DNA of 64,000 bases from Bacteroidales bacterium (GTDB lineage: Bacteria; Bacteroidota; Bacteroidia; Bacteroidales; FEN-979): NCBI GenBank assembly GCA_038212325.1, contig JBBQUQ010000003.1, forward strand, positions 816-64,815, in the 5' to 3' direction. This document shows positions 1 through 7,668 of the stretch, in pieces. Below the pieces are notes generated by a model. That model was not told where the DNA came from. It worked only from the letters and a program-made list of their open reading frames with translations, and ran no database searches. The position numbers and the translations under genes were made by a program. The number at the start of each line of letters is the position of its first letter. Position 1 is the first letter of the stretch.

Positions 1-779
1 GTTACGAATGACCCGTCGGACAGAAAGGCAAAGTTAGAAGGATTGCAGCATCCGCAGAATCCCTCCATCGCCATCGACGATACTCCCCAGGAGGTGGCGA
101 TATCTCCCTCGCGGTTATACTGTTCAAACTTATGCCGGCCGGGGTTCACCACCCACAATTCATCGTGCGGGCCTATGCCAAGGTCAAAATAGGGACTTGG
201 CACCACAAACCCGGGGATGCCCCGCGCCGGATCCTTTTCTCCGATCTTCTTCAAAAGATTACCCGACAAATCATAATGATATACCACACGGTTGCCGGCA
301 TCGGCGATGAAAACATCCTTACCGGTAACTGCAATGGAGGTGATGATTGCGTTGCTTCCGCAACTTTTCCATTGTTGATGCCGCGTGCCGGCAATATCAT
401 ATATTTCGATATGATCCTCCATGCCGAGATAGACCCGGCCATCTTCCGCTGCATGCACCGACCGGGCAAGCCCGCTGATTGGAAATTCGGCGATGGATGT
501 TCCGGAAGGATCAAATATTTCGAGACCGATGTCACCGCATACATAGATCCGATCCGATTTATCCAGGGCAATGCCGTGCAATGCCGCAAGGTTTGTGCTG
601 AAATGCAGCACCTCTTCATACGCGACGAGGGATGTATCTCCGGCTTTGAGCGATGCGAGATCATACGCGTAGGGATTTACATTATCGCCCGGTTTATTGA
701 AAAACAAATCCCAGGCCATGAATACAATGGCTGCCAGCAACAGGATCAAGGCGCCAGAGAGAATAATTTTTCTGTTCAT
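1..779 (-). CDS. NHL-repeat six-bladed beta-propeller protein with N-terminal membrane anchor (partial; C-terminus lies beyond the left edge)
   Basis: Absent from the ORF track because it runs off the window. Own translation of the minus strand from ATG 779-777: MNRKIILSGALILLLAAIVFMAWDLFFNKPGDNV... I checked every in-frame triplet down to position 3 and found no stop. NHL-like blades are present (DRIYVCGD, DGRVYLGM, VFIADAGNRVVYHYDLSGN). The start is 1 nt after the stop of the upstream gene. Confidence 0.65.
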   Translation of the reverse strand, partial: MNRKIILSGALILLLAAIVFMAWDLFFNKPGDNVNPYAYDLASLKAGDTSLVAYEEVLHFSTNLAALHGIALDKSDRIYVCGDIGLEIFDPSGTSIAEFPISGLARSVHAAEDGRVYLGMEDHIEIYDIAGTRHQQWKSCGSNAIITSIAVTGKDVFIADAGNRVVYHYDLSGNLLKKIGEKDPARGIPGFVVPSPYFDLGIGPHDELWVVNPGRHKFEQYNREGDIATSWGVSSMAMEGFCGCCNPSNFAFLSDGSFV

Positions 780-780
780 G

Positions 781-2211
781 TTAATCGGCTTTGATATTCA
801 GGCAAACCATTTGCTTCGAATCACGCATTAAAAGATACCCTCCCGCAATGGCGATGGGGCCCCATGAATCCTGACCGTCCATGATCCTGGCTTTGGCGAA
901 CACCGTAAATTGCAAAGAGGAAACTTTGGCGATCGTCATCTCACCATCATCGTTCAGGATAAAGAATTTGCCGTCGGCCATGATGTAAGGCCCCAGCCCA
1001 AACCGGTCGGCTTTTCCGCTGCTCATCACAACTTTTTGACAATCTGCAACGCTGTAGCAGGCGAACTGGTTCCGCATGCCTCCGGCATCCTTGGGCAAAA
1101 TACCATAGAGATAACCCTGGTAGAAAACCGGTGTTTGCTGCTCTGAGGCAAGCCCTTCCTGCGGCTTATATTTCTTAAGCATTGAGGCATGGTACCTGCC
1201 GTTGGCGAGGGTCACCTGCAGAAGCGCCGATCCTGCTCCATAGCCTGCGGTAAGGAACACCTGGCCGTTGCCAAGAATAACCGGCGACGGGGCCACAACC
1301 GACGGTGCAAACGCGGATGATTCCCATAAAATTTCGCCCTTGTCGGCCCCTTCAGCAGAAATGCCGCAAACACCCCCGATGGCAAAATAGACATACATTT
1401 TTTTCCTGCCGATGGTCATGGGCATCACCGACGAATGCGACATTTTCCAGCCTTTCGGATTGGGCGTTTCCCACAGTTTTTTCCCGGTATTGCAATCCAG
1501 GGCTACGAGCAGGGCCTTTCCGCCGGGAGCGACAATAAGCGTGTCGTTGTCAAGCAGGGGGCATTGGCCGGTGTACCAGAATGGTATTTCGGTGTTGTAT
1601 TCCTTTTCAAGGTCGAGCCCCCACATTAAATCGCCGTTTACCCGGTTTACGCACATTACCTGGCATTTCGGCCCGATGGTGACCACGAACCGATCATTCA
1701 CGGCCGGAACTGTTCGCGACAGGCCATGGTTGCGCTTGAGATGCACCCGGTATCCCCGCCGCCAGAGCTCTTCCCCGGTGGCAAGCAGGAAGCAGCGCAG
1801 CTGATCCGACTTCCCGGCTTCGTCGTAATCCAGCAAATAAACCTTCCCGTCATAGATGGCAGGAGCCGCATGACCTTCGCCAAGATCCTTTTTCCAGAGG
1901 ATTTCAGGACCCTCTTTTCCCCACTTTTCAACGAGGCGGGTTGGTTCCTTGCTGATGTTGTCATAATCCTGCCCCCTGAAGCGTGTCCATCTCGTGCCGG
2001 GTACGTCAGGCGAAGACCTGAAGAAGGTAAATTCTGATCCGATGGCAACCGGCTTGCCGGGAACCACGGCGCCTTTTTTCCTGTTATCCATCCCCGGAAC
2101 AGATGCTTTGAAATCCTTCACCGGATCATGAAAAAACCACCATGCCAGCACCCCTGTGGCCACCGCGACAAAAAATACAAGAAAAACAGGTGCCGGATTC
2201 TTCCTGATCAT
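781..2211 (-). CDS. PQQ-like (BamB-like) beta-propeller repeat protein, N-terminal transmembrane anchor
   Basis: 476-aa ORF with ATG start. It has a hydrophobic N-terminus (APVFLVFFVAVATGVLAWWFF). It shares the W..GP.ILW / GEGHAAPAIYDGKVY entry motif with the three upstream paralogs and shows repeated beta-propeller blade patterns. Confidence 0.75.
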   Translation of the reverse strand: MIRKNPAPVFLVFFVAVATGVLAWWFFHDPVKDFKASVPGMDNRKKGAVVPGKPVAIGSEFTFFRSSPDVPGTRWTRFRGQDYDNISKEPTRLVEKWGKEGPEILWKKDLGEGHAAPAIYDGKVYLLDYDEAGKSDQLRCFLLATGEELWRRGYRVHLKRNHGLSRTVPAVNDRFVVTIGPKCQVMCVNRVNGDLMWGLDLEKEYNTEIPFWYTGQCPLLDNDTLIVAPGGKALLVALDCNTGKKLWETPNPKGWKMSHSSVMPMTIGRKKMYVYFAIGGVCGISAEGADKGEILWESSAFAPSVVAPSPVILGNGQVFLTAGYGAGSALLQVTLANGRYHASMLKKYKPQEGLASEQQTPVFYQGYLYGILPKDAGGMRNQFACYSVADCQKVVMSSGKADRFGLGPYIMADGKFFILNDDGEMTIAKVSSLQFTVFAKARIMDGQDSWGPIAIAGGYLLMRDSKQMVCLNIKAD

Positions 2212-2237
2212 TGAATTGCAAGAGATTTATGAGGATG

Positions 2238-2245
2238 CAAAATTA
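2238..2245 (-). promoter_or_regulatory. putative Bacteroidota sigma-A -7 box (TAnnTTTG) for the 781-2211 / NHL gene pair
   Basis: TAATTTTG on the minus strand, 26 nt upstream of the ATG at 2211. Confidence 0.4.
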
Positions 2246-2293
2246 CTTGAAAAACATACGGTACTTTCAATCCACCGGTAATTCAAATTCAGT

Positions 2294-2335
2294 CTTGTTC
2301 ACCCGGTCGCCTGTTCGCTCGTCTGCCTGTTCGCC
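2294..2335 (-). repeat. three copies of a 16-nt-period repeat (minus strand GGCGAACAGG / AGCGAACAGG / GGTGAACAAG) directly after a stop codon
   Basis: Plus-strand copies are cttgttcacc (2294-2303), cctgttcgct (2310-2319) and cctgttcgcc (2326-2335). The repeat begins 10 nt downstream of the TAA of the 2346-3587 gene, in sense orientation. Confidence 0.6.
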
Positions 2336-2345
2336 ACTCCGCCTC

Positions 2346-3587
2346 TTACCGTCCCCCTATATCATACGCCAGCAGCACATTCCCGTGCCTGATATACAGC
2401 ACCCCGTTGCAAATGACCGGATGTGAAAAATGTTCTTTTGTTCCGGCTGTAACTTTGAAAAATCCTGCCTGTGCCATTTTTCCCTTGCCCGGTGCGACCA
2501 GCCATACCTCTCCTTTCTGATTGTAGTAATAAAGCATGCTGTCGGCCATTATTATTGAGCCGGTTCCGCATTTTAAAGTGTCGGAAGCCTTGCCTGATTC
2601 TGTGTCGATGTTCACCAGGCGTTTCTTCTCCGAAAGGCATGAGTAAAGGCAGTTGCCCTCCTTTACAATGCCGCCCATATAATTGTCAATGGCTCTGTTT
2701 CTCCATTCCTGGCTAATGTTTTTGCCATCCGCCGACAAAGCCAGTTTTACGGCACCGTTACCATCACCGGCAACATAGTAGATGAATCCGTCTTCATAAA
2801 GGATGGTGTTGCTATGCGTGTCGCCGTTTCCGGGTTTGCGCTCAGCAACCGGAATGTTATCCTGGGAATGGACCCACAGGAGCTCGCCCGTTTGTGCATC
2901 TATCCCCAGCAACGAATAGGCAGTAAAGGTAACCAGTACAGAGCGGCTTGCCAGCCTTACCAGGTAAGGTGAATTGTATCCGGGAATTTCCCCCATTCCT
3001 TTGCATACCCATATGATTTTTCCGGTAAACCTGTTCATTGCCACTACATTGGTGTCTTTTCCTCCCGGGACCAGGAATACATTGTCACCGTCAATCAGCG
3101 ACGATTCAGCATGCCCGAAAAGCGTAAACCTTCCGTGCAGGTCATGGATCATGTCGACCGACCACTTTTTTGACCCGTTTTTTGCATCGAAACAGGCAAG
3201 GTCGCCCAGCCCTGAGCAGGCATAAACAAGGTCGCCCACTACAGTCGGGGCACACCGTGATCCCTGGTAGTTTACAACCCATTCTTTCCCGTATGCCGAT
3301 TTCCACAGCAAATCACCCCGGAGGTTAAATGCAAAAAGGTATCCTGTTGTATCAATTTCACCGGCGATGAAGATGCGGTCGGCAGTAACCGCAGGTGACC
3401 CATAGCCGTTCCCAATGATTTCCGATTTCCAACTCAGGGCCGGTCCTTCAGATGGCCAGGATTTTAACAGGTTTTTCTCCGTGTACTGGCCATTTCTTTC
3501 CGGTCCGCGCCATTGGGCAGTCGTTTGACAATTTGCGGTAAATGAGAACGACAGAAGAATAACAATAAGGGACAACAGCTTTTTCAT
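2346..3587 (-). CDS. secreted PQQ-like beta-propeller repeat protein (paralog 1 of 3)
   Basis: 413-aa ORF. It has a signal peptide (MKKLLSLIVILLSFSFTANCQ), the QWRGPERNG...WPSEGP.LSW motif, and a C-terminal HPVI..GVLYIRHGNVLLAYD motif shared with the next two genes. Confidence 0.8.
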   Translation of the reverse strand: MKKLLSLIVILLSFSFTANCQTTAQWRGPERNGQYTEKNLLKSWPSEGPALSWKSEIIGNGYGSPAVTADRIFIAGEIDTTGYLFAFNLRGDLLWKSAYGKEWVVNYQGSRCAPTVVGDLVYACSGLGDLACFDAKNGSKKWSVDMIHDLHGRFTLFGHAESSLIDGDNVFLVPGGKDTNVVAMNRFTGKIIWVCKGMGEIPGYNSPYLVRLASRSVLVTFTAYSLLGIDAQTGELLWVHSQDNIPVAERKPGNGDTHSNTILYEDGFIYYVAGDGNGAVKLALSADGKNISQEWRNRAIDNYMGGIVKEGNCLYSCLSEKKRLVNIDTESGKASDTLKCGTGSIIMADSMLYYYNQKGEVWLVAPGKGKMAQAGFFKVTAGTKEHFSHPVICNGVLYIRHGNVLLAYDIGGR

Positions 3588-3594
3588 ACGTTTT

Positions 3595-4818
3595 TTATTT
3601 GGGTTGCATATTTTTCACATCGTAGGCAAGGAGCATGTTGCCATGCCGGATATATAGAACGCTGTCATGAATGACCGGATGGGCAAAGTGCTCCTTGGTT
3701 CCTTCCGTTATTTTAAACGAACTCACCAGTTCAGGCCTCCCTTGGCTGGGCTTGATCAGTCCGACGACACCCTGGTCGTTATAGCAATAGAGCATGCCGT
3801 CGGCAAATATGGTAGCGCCGCAATTGAACTTCAGCGAGTCGGCAATTTCGCCGGTTTCCGCATCGATGCTTTCAAACCTCGGCGGACGATACCTTGAGCC
3901 GTAAAGGTATGCGCCCAGTTTGACTGAGCCGCCCTGGACATTCCCGCCTTTAAAGTTCCGCCACACCTCCCTGATGGTCCGGCCGTCGGCCGACAGTTCC
4001 AGTTTTACAATCCCGTTCCCGCCACGGTCGTCATAATAGATGAACCCGTTTCCATACAAGGGGGTGTTGCAGTGGATGTCGTTGGGGCGCTCAAACGGAT
4101 GCGACCATAACAGTTCGCCGGTTGCTGCATCAATTCCGATGAGGTGATGGATCCCGAATGTTGCCAGGAGTTTTCGTTCAGGCAGGTTGATGAGGAGAGG
4201 CGAGCAATATGCCGCAGAATCCCCCATCGCTTTCGACTTCCATATAAGTTTGCCTGTGAATCGGTTCAATGCGACCAAATTGGTGTCCCTGCCGCCCGGA
4301 AAGCAGAATACCCTGTCGCCATCGACCAGGAGGGATTCGGTGTAGCCGAACCGCACATTGATTCCATGGAGGTCGTTCAGCAGATTGATCGACCATCTTT
4401 TTTCACCGGTAACAGCGTCGAAGCAGATGACTTCACCCATGCTCGAGCAATAGTAGAGGAGTCCGTCGACCACTGTGGGTGTTGAGCGTGGGCCGGGGAA
4501 GTTCTCCGTCCATTCCCGCCCGGTCTCTTTTTTCCAGGCCAGTTTTCCCTCTTTGGTGAAGGCATAGAGGTAACCGGTGCTGTCAATTTCCCCGGGGATG
4601 TAAATGCGGTCGCCGTAAATCGCCGGGGAGGCAAAGCCATTGCCAATGCTGTCAATTTTCCATAACAGCCCCGGCCCGTCGGCCGGCCAGCTTGCCAGGA
4701 GGTTTGTTTCGGGATAGATCCCGTTGCGCTCAGGACCCCGCCACTGTGAAATTTCCTGGGATATGGCGCAGCCTGAAATCAGGCATACTGCACATAGTAT
4801 CGCAAGGCGCTTTATCAT
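3595..4818 (-). CDS. PQQ-like beta-propeller repeat lipoprotein (paralog 2 of 3)
   Basis: 407-aa ORF with a lipobox-like N-terminus (AVCLISGCAIS). It is collinear with paralogs 1 and 3. There is a 7-nt gap to the downstream gene. Confidence 0.8.
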   Translation of the reverse strand: MIKRLAILCAVCLISGCAISQEISQWRGPERNGIYPETNLLASWPADGPGLLWKIDSIGNGFASPAIYGDRIYIPGEIDSTGYLYAFTKEGKLAWKKETGREWTENFPGPRSTPTVVDGLLYYCSSMGEVICFDAVTGEKRWSINLLNDLHGINVRFGYTESLLVDGDRVFCFPGGRDTNLVALNRFTGKLIWKSKAMGDSAAYCSPLLINLPERKLLATFGIHHLIGIDAATGELLWSHPFERPNDIHCNTPLYGNGFIYYDDRGGNGIVKLELSADGRTIREVWRNFKGGNVQGGSVKLGAYLYGSRYRPPRFESIDAETGEIADSLKFNCGATIFADGMLYCYNDQGVVGLIKPSQGRPELVSSFKITEGTKEHFAHPVIHDSVLYIRHGNMLLAYDVKNMQPK

Positions 4819-6038
4819 GGCTGCTTCTTTTCGAGGTCATAAACCATCAGGGAGGTCCCGTGGCGCACAAAAAGCCGGCCGTGCCCGATCACAAGGTGTG
4901 CCCAATGCTGGTCGGCTCCATACGGAACCTTGAACGCACTGATTTTTTTGAAGGAATTGGCCAGCGGCTCGGCCAGCACGATCTCACCGTTATCGCCATA
5001 CAGGTAAAGCATGCCATCGGCAAAGATAATATTCCCGCGTCCGGTGATTTTTTCGGCATACATGTTTGTTCCTGTTTTCCAGTCGAGGCAATACCATGCT
5101 TTTCCCAAATCGTCTGATCCGAAAATTTTGCCGTTTACAAGCACCACTCCGCCCATCCGGTTGTCGATGTTTGTGTTTCGCCATACCTCTTCAACGGAAC
5201 TGCCATCATCCTGCACTTTCAACATCACGCCACCCTTTCCATAACCCGAAACGCAATAAAGATAACCCTCATGATACAGCGGGGTGTTGGCGTGTACCGA
5301 ATATTTATTGGGCTGGTCGTGGCTCCAGAGAAGCTTGCCATTTTCGGCATCGATCCCCAGGATGGAATTGGCGGTTTGTGTCACCAGCAGATTCCTTTTT
5401 GCCAGCCTGATCATTGCGGGGGATCCGTAGGCGCTGATTTCTCCCTTGCCGCTGCATTTCCATATGAGCTTGCCGGTATTGGCATCCAGAGCGATAACAT
5501 TGGCCTCAGGTCCGCCTGCCGTGCAAAAAAGTTTGTTTCCGTCAATCAACAGGTTCTCTGTCACCCCCCACTTGATGTTCGGGGCCAGGTAATCTTTCAG
5601 TATATCGACGCTCCATAAGAAATCCCCGTTTTCTGCACTGCGGCATACAAGTTTTCCGAATCCGCTGTACTGGTATACCTTCCCGCCCGATACCAGCGGC
5701 GTACTCCGCACACCCGGCCAGCTTTCGGTCCACTCCTCGCCATAGGGAACTTTCCATACTAATTTTCCGGCAAGGTCAAAACAGAACAGGTACCCGATCC
5801 CGTCAACGAGGCCTGCCGTATAAACACGATCGGTTGTAACGGAAGCGGAAGCATGCCCTTCTCCCAGCCCTTCAAAATGCCACAGAAGAGCAGGGCCGGC
5901 ATCGGGCCAAGCCTTCAGCAAAGCGGTTTCAGGGTAAATGCCGTCGCGCCCGGGGCCACGCCACTGGGCTGTTGACTGGGCAAACATGGTTGCATTCAGC
6001 AAACTTGCCAGGCAGAATAAGGTCAGAATTTTTTTCAT
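4815..6038 (-). CDS. secreted PQQ-like beta-propeller repeat protein (paralog 3 of 3)
   Basis: 407-aa ORF with a signal peptide (MKKILTLFCLASLLNATMFAQ). It carries the same N- and C-terminal motifs as the other two paralogs. It overlaps the next gene by 4 nt (ATGA). Confidence 0.8.
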   Translation of the reverse strand: MKKILTLFCLASLLNATMFAQSTAQWRGPGRDGIYPETALLKAWPDAGPALLWHFEGLGEGHASASVTTDRVYTAGLVDGIGYLFCFDLAGKLVWKVPYGEEWTESWPGVRSTPLVSGGKVYQYSGFGKLVCRSAENGDFLWSVDILKDYLAPNIKWGVTENLLIDGNKLFCTAGGPEANVIALDANTGKLIWKCSGKGEISAYGSPAMIRLAKRNLLVTQTANSILGIDAENGKLLWSHDQPNKYSVHANTPLYHEGYLYCVSGYGKGGVMLKVQDDGSSVEEVWRNTNIDNRMGGVVLVNGKIFGSDDLGKAWYCLDWKTGTNMYAEKITGRGNIIFADGMLYLYGDNGEIVLAEPLANSFKKISAFKVPYGADQHWAHLVIGHGRLFVRHGTSLMVYDLEKKQP

Positions 6039-6118
6039 GTTGGTTCGGGATAAGTTGAAAAGAGCAGTGAATGAATCAGATTAAAAATGAACCTGTAATA
6101 TATGTTCAATCAGATGTT

Positions 6119-6126
6119 CAAAAATA
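6119..6126 (-). promoter_or_regulatory. putative -7 box (TAnnTTTG) for the propeller operon
   Basis: TATTTTTG on the minus strand, 80 nt upstream of the ATG at 6038. Confidence 0.4.
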
Positions 6127-6298
6127 GACAAATTTTCTGTTCCATAATTCACAGCTTGAAGTTTAACATACACTGCCCGCCTGCCCTTTTAATTTCTTGT
6201 TGATAACTATCTGTCCAACCCGGCCGGAAAGGATGAAATGATGCGTATCTTGTTGCAATAATTTCAAACGTTATCAACCCTAAATAACCAACCGAACG

Positions 6299-6496
6299 AT
6301 GAAAAATGATGTATTGACAAACAGGATGAACCTGGCGAACCACAGGTTGAACATTCCTCATGCCAAGCTGCTGACAGGTTCAATAGTTGATAAATTCCCG
6401 GTAGTCCTCGACGGTGGAAAAACCATCATATTCATTGCAGATAAAAGCATGGAAGCGGAGACAAGGTACCGGTATGAATTGAGGAACAAACATTAG
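6299..6496 (+). CDS. hypothetical small protein (65 aa), weakly supported
   Basis: An ATG ORF in an otherwise empty 470-nt intergenic region, 15 nt upstream of the SRPBCC gene. I recognise no family and found no consensus promoter box. Confidence 0.25.
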   Translation: MKNDVLTNRMNLANHRLNIPHAKLLTGSIVDKFPVVLDGGKTIIFIADKSMEAETRYRYELRNKH

Positions 6497-6511
6497 AATG
6501 GAATTAACCAT

Positions 6512-6898
6512 ATGATCATGAAAACCTTCAGGAAATATTACACCCTCCCGGCACCTGCCGACGATGTTTATACCGCGCTCACCAACCCGGTCACACTGCA
6601 GTTGTGGACCGGCGAACCAGCCGAGATGACCACCGAACCCGGGTCAGAATTTTCGCTCTGGGATGGCAGCATCACCGGCAGGAACATTGAACTGGACCCG
6701 GGAAAAAAGCTGGTTCAGCAATGGTATTTCGGCGACCAGCCCGACGATTCAATCGTCACGATCCTGTTGCACCCGAAAGGGGAGGGAACCTCGGTTGAGC
6801 TGATCCATACGAATATTCCCGACGAAGACTATGACGACATCCAGGACGGGTGGAATGATAGCTATTTTGGCGTGTTGAAGGAGTTTTACAGGGAATAG
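6512..6898 (+). CDS. SRPBCC superfamily protein, Aha1/AHSA1-like domain
   Basis: 128-aa ORF. The pattern F.LPAP...VY.ALT.P..L..W......M...PG..F.LW.G.I.G....L.P.K.LVQ.W is typical of the Aha1/START-like family. The start could be ATG 6512 or 6518. Confidence 0.75.
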   Translation: MIMKTFRKYYTLPAPADDVYTALTNPVTLQLWTGEPAEMTTEPGSEFSLWDGSITGRNIELDPGKKLVQQWYFGDQPDDSIVTILLHPKGEGTSVELIHTNIPDEDYDDIQDGWNDSYFGVLKEFYRE

Positions 6899-6900
6899 CA

Positions 6901-6933
6901 AAACCTTCCAGGTCGTTAAGACCTGGAAGGTTT
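6901..6933. terminator. bidirectional intrinsic terminator hairpin between convergent genes
   Basis: A perfect 14-bp stem, aaaccttccaggtc (6901-6914) paired with gacctggaaggttt (6920-6933), and a 5-nt loop. The A-tract and T-tract lie at the stem ends. Confidence 0.65.
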
Positions 6934-6964
6934 CTCTGGTAAAATTAAAGGGAAGTGTATCGGG

Positions 6965-7387
6965 TCAGATGCAATCTTCAAATTCAGCTCCTGACGGAGT
7001 GACCGGGGCCAGTGCCGGCTGCGATGCAGTTTGGGCAGTTCCGGTTTCATCTTCAAAATCTGCCTCAAGCGGTGCAATTGGCGCAAGGCTGGCAATGCTG
7101 ATTTCGGTGACAGGAGCTCCGTCGCTGAAATCTGCCACCCCCGGCATAACAGGAGCAAGGGCCGCAAGGTCTGCTGCAGCCGTGTTCAGTTCAACCATAT
7201 CCTCGAAGGTAGCCTCGGCAGGAGTTGCCGGTGCAATCAGTGTTGCGGGAATCGTCAGCGTATTCTCCGTTGAACTCACCGGAGACTCGGATATATTGAC
7301 CGCTGCGAAAATGGTGTTGAATTGTAACGCGAGAAAAGCAGCGAGTGTATAGATGGTCTTTTTTGTAATCATGTTGGTTGTTTTCAT
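6965..7387 (-). CDS. small secreted Ala/Pro/acidic protein with four LAPxxPxxAxFxD repeats
   Basis: Start chosen at ATG 7387 (MKTTNMITKKTIYTLAAFLALQFNTIFA signal peptide). The four repeats are APATPAEATFED, APVMPGVADFSD, APIAPLEADFED and APVTPSGAEFED. The protein ends in CI. Confidence 0.6.
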   Translation of the reverse strand: MKTTNMITKKTIYTLAAFLALQFNTIFAAVNISESPVSSTENTLTIPATLIAPATPAEATFEDMVELNTAAADLAALAPVMPGVADFSDGAPVTEISIASLAPIAPLEADFEDETGTAQTASQPALAPVTPSGAEFEDCI

Positions 7388-7620
7388 GGTTTTAATCTTT
7401 AATCTTTTGTTTTTAGTGTCGATAAGACGCAGCATCAAATTCAATGTTACAGTCTGTTGAGTAATTAACAATTATTTAACAATCAACTGATAATTAATTA
7501 ATTGTAGTGCAAATATACCAGTTTATTTAGATTCAATAAAAGAAAAGTCGACGACCAGCGGTTTAAACCCGACGAACACGGGAATTTAATCGATGAAATC
7601 GTAAAGTGTTTAAAGACAAT

Positions 7621-7668
7621 GCATTGCCTGCATTGCCTGCCTTGTTTGCATTCCAGCATTCACCATCA
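7621..7668 (-). repeat. stop-proximal repeat: TGA-TGG-TGA tandem stop inside GATGGTGAAT, followed by 2 copies of AGGCAATGC
   Basis: The minus strand after the DPP4 coding sequence reads TGATGGTGAATGCTGGAATGCAAACAAGGCAGGCAATGCAGGCAATGC. The plus-strand unit gcattgcct occurs at 7621-7629 and 7630-7638. Confidence 0.6.

Noticed and set aside
132-794. 220-aa plus-strand ORF at the left edge (also the 137-aa minus ORF at 251-664)
   Set aside because: The translation has no family resemblance. It is the antisense shadow of a minus-strand frame that stays open from 779 to the window edge and encodes a convincing signal-anchor plus NHL-repeat protein.
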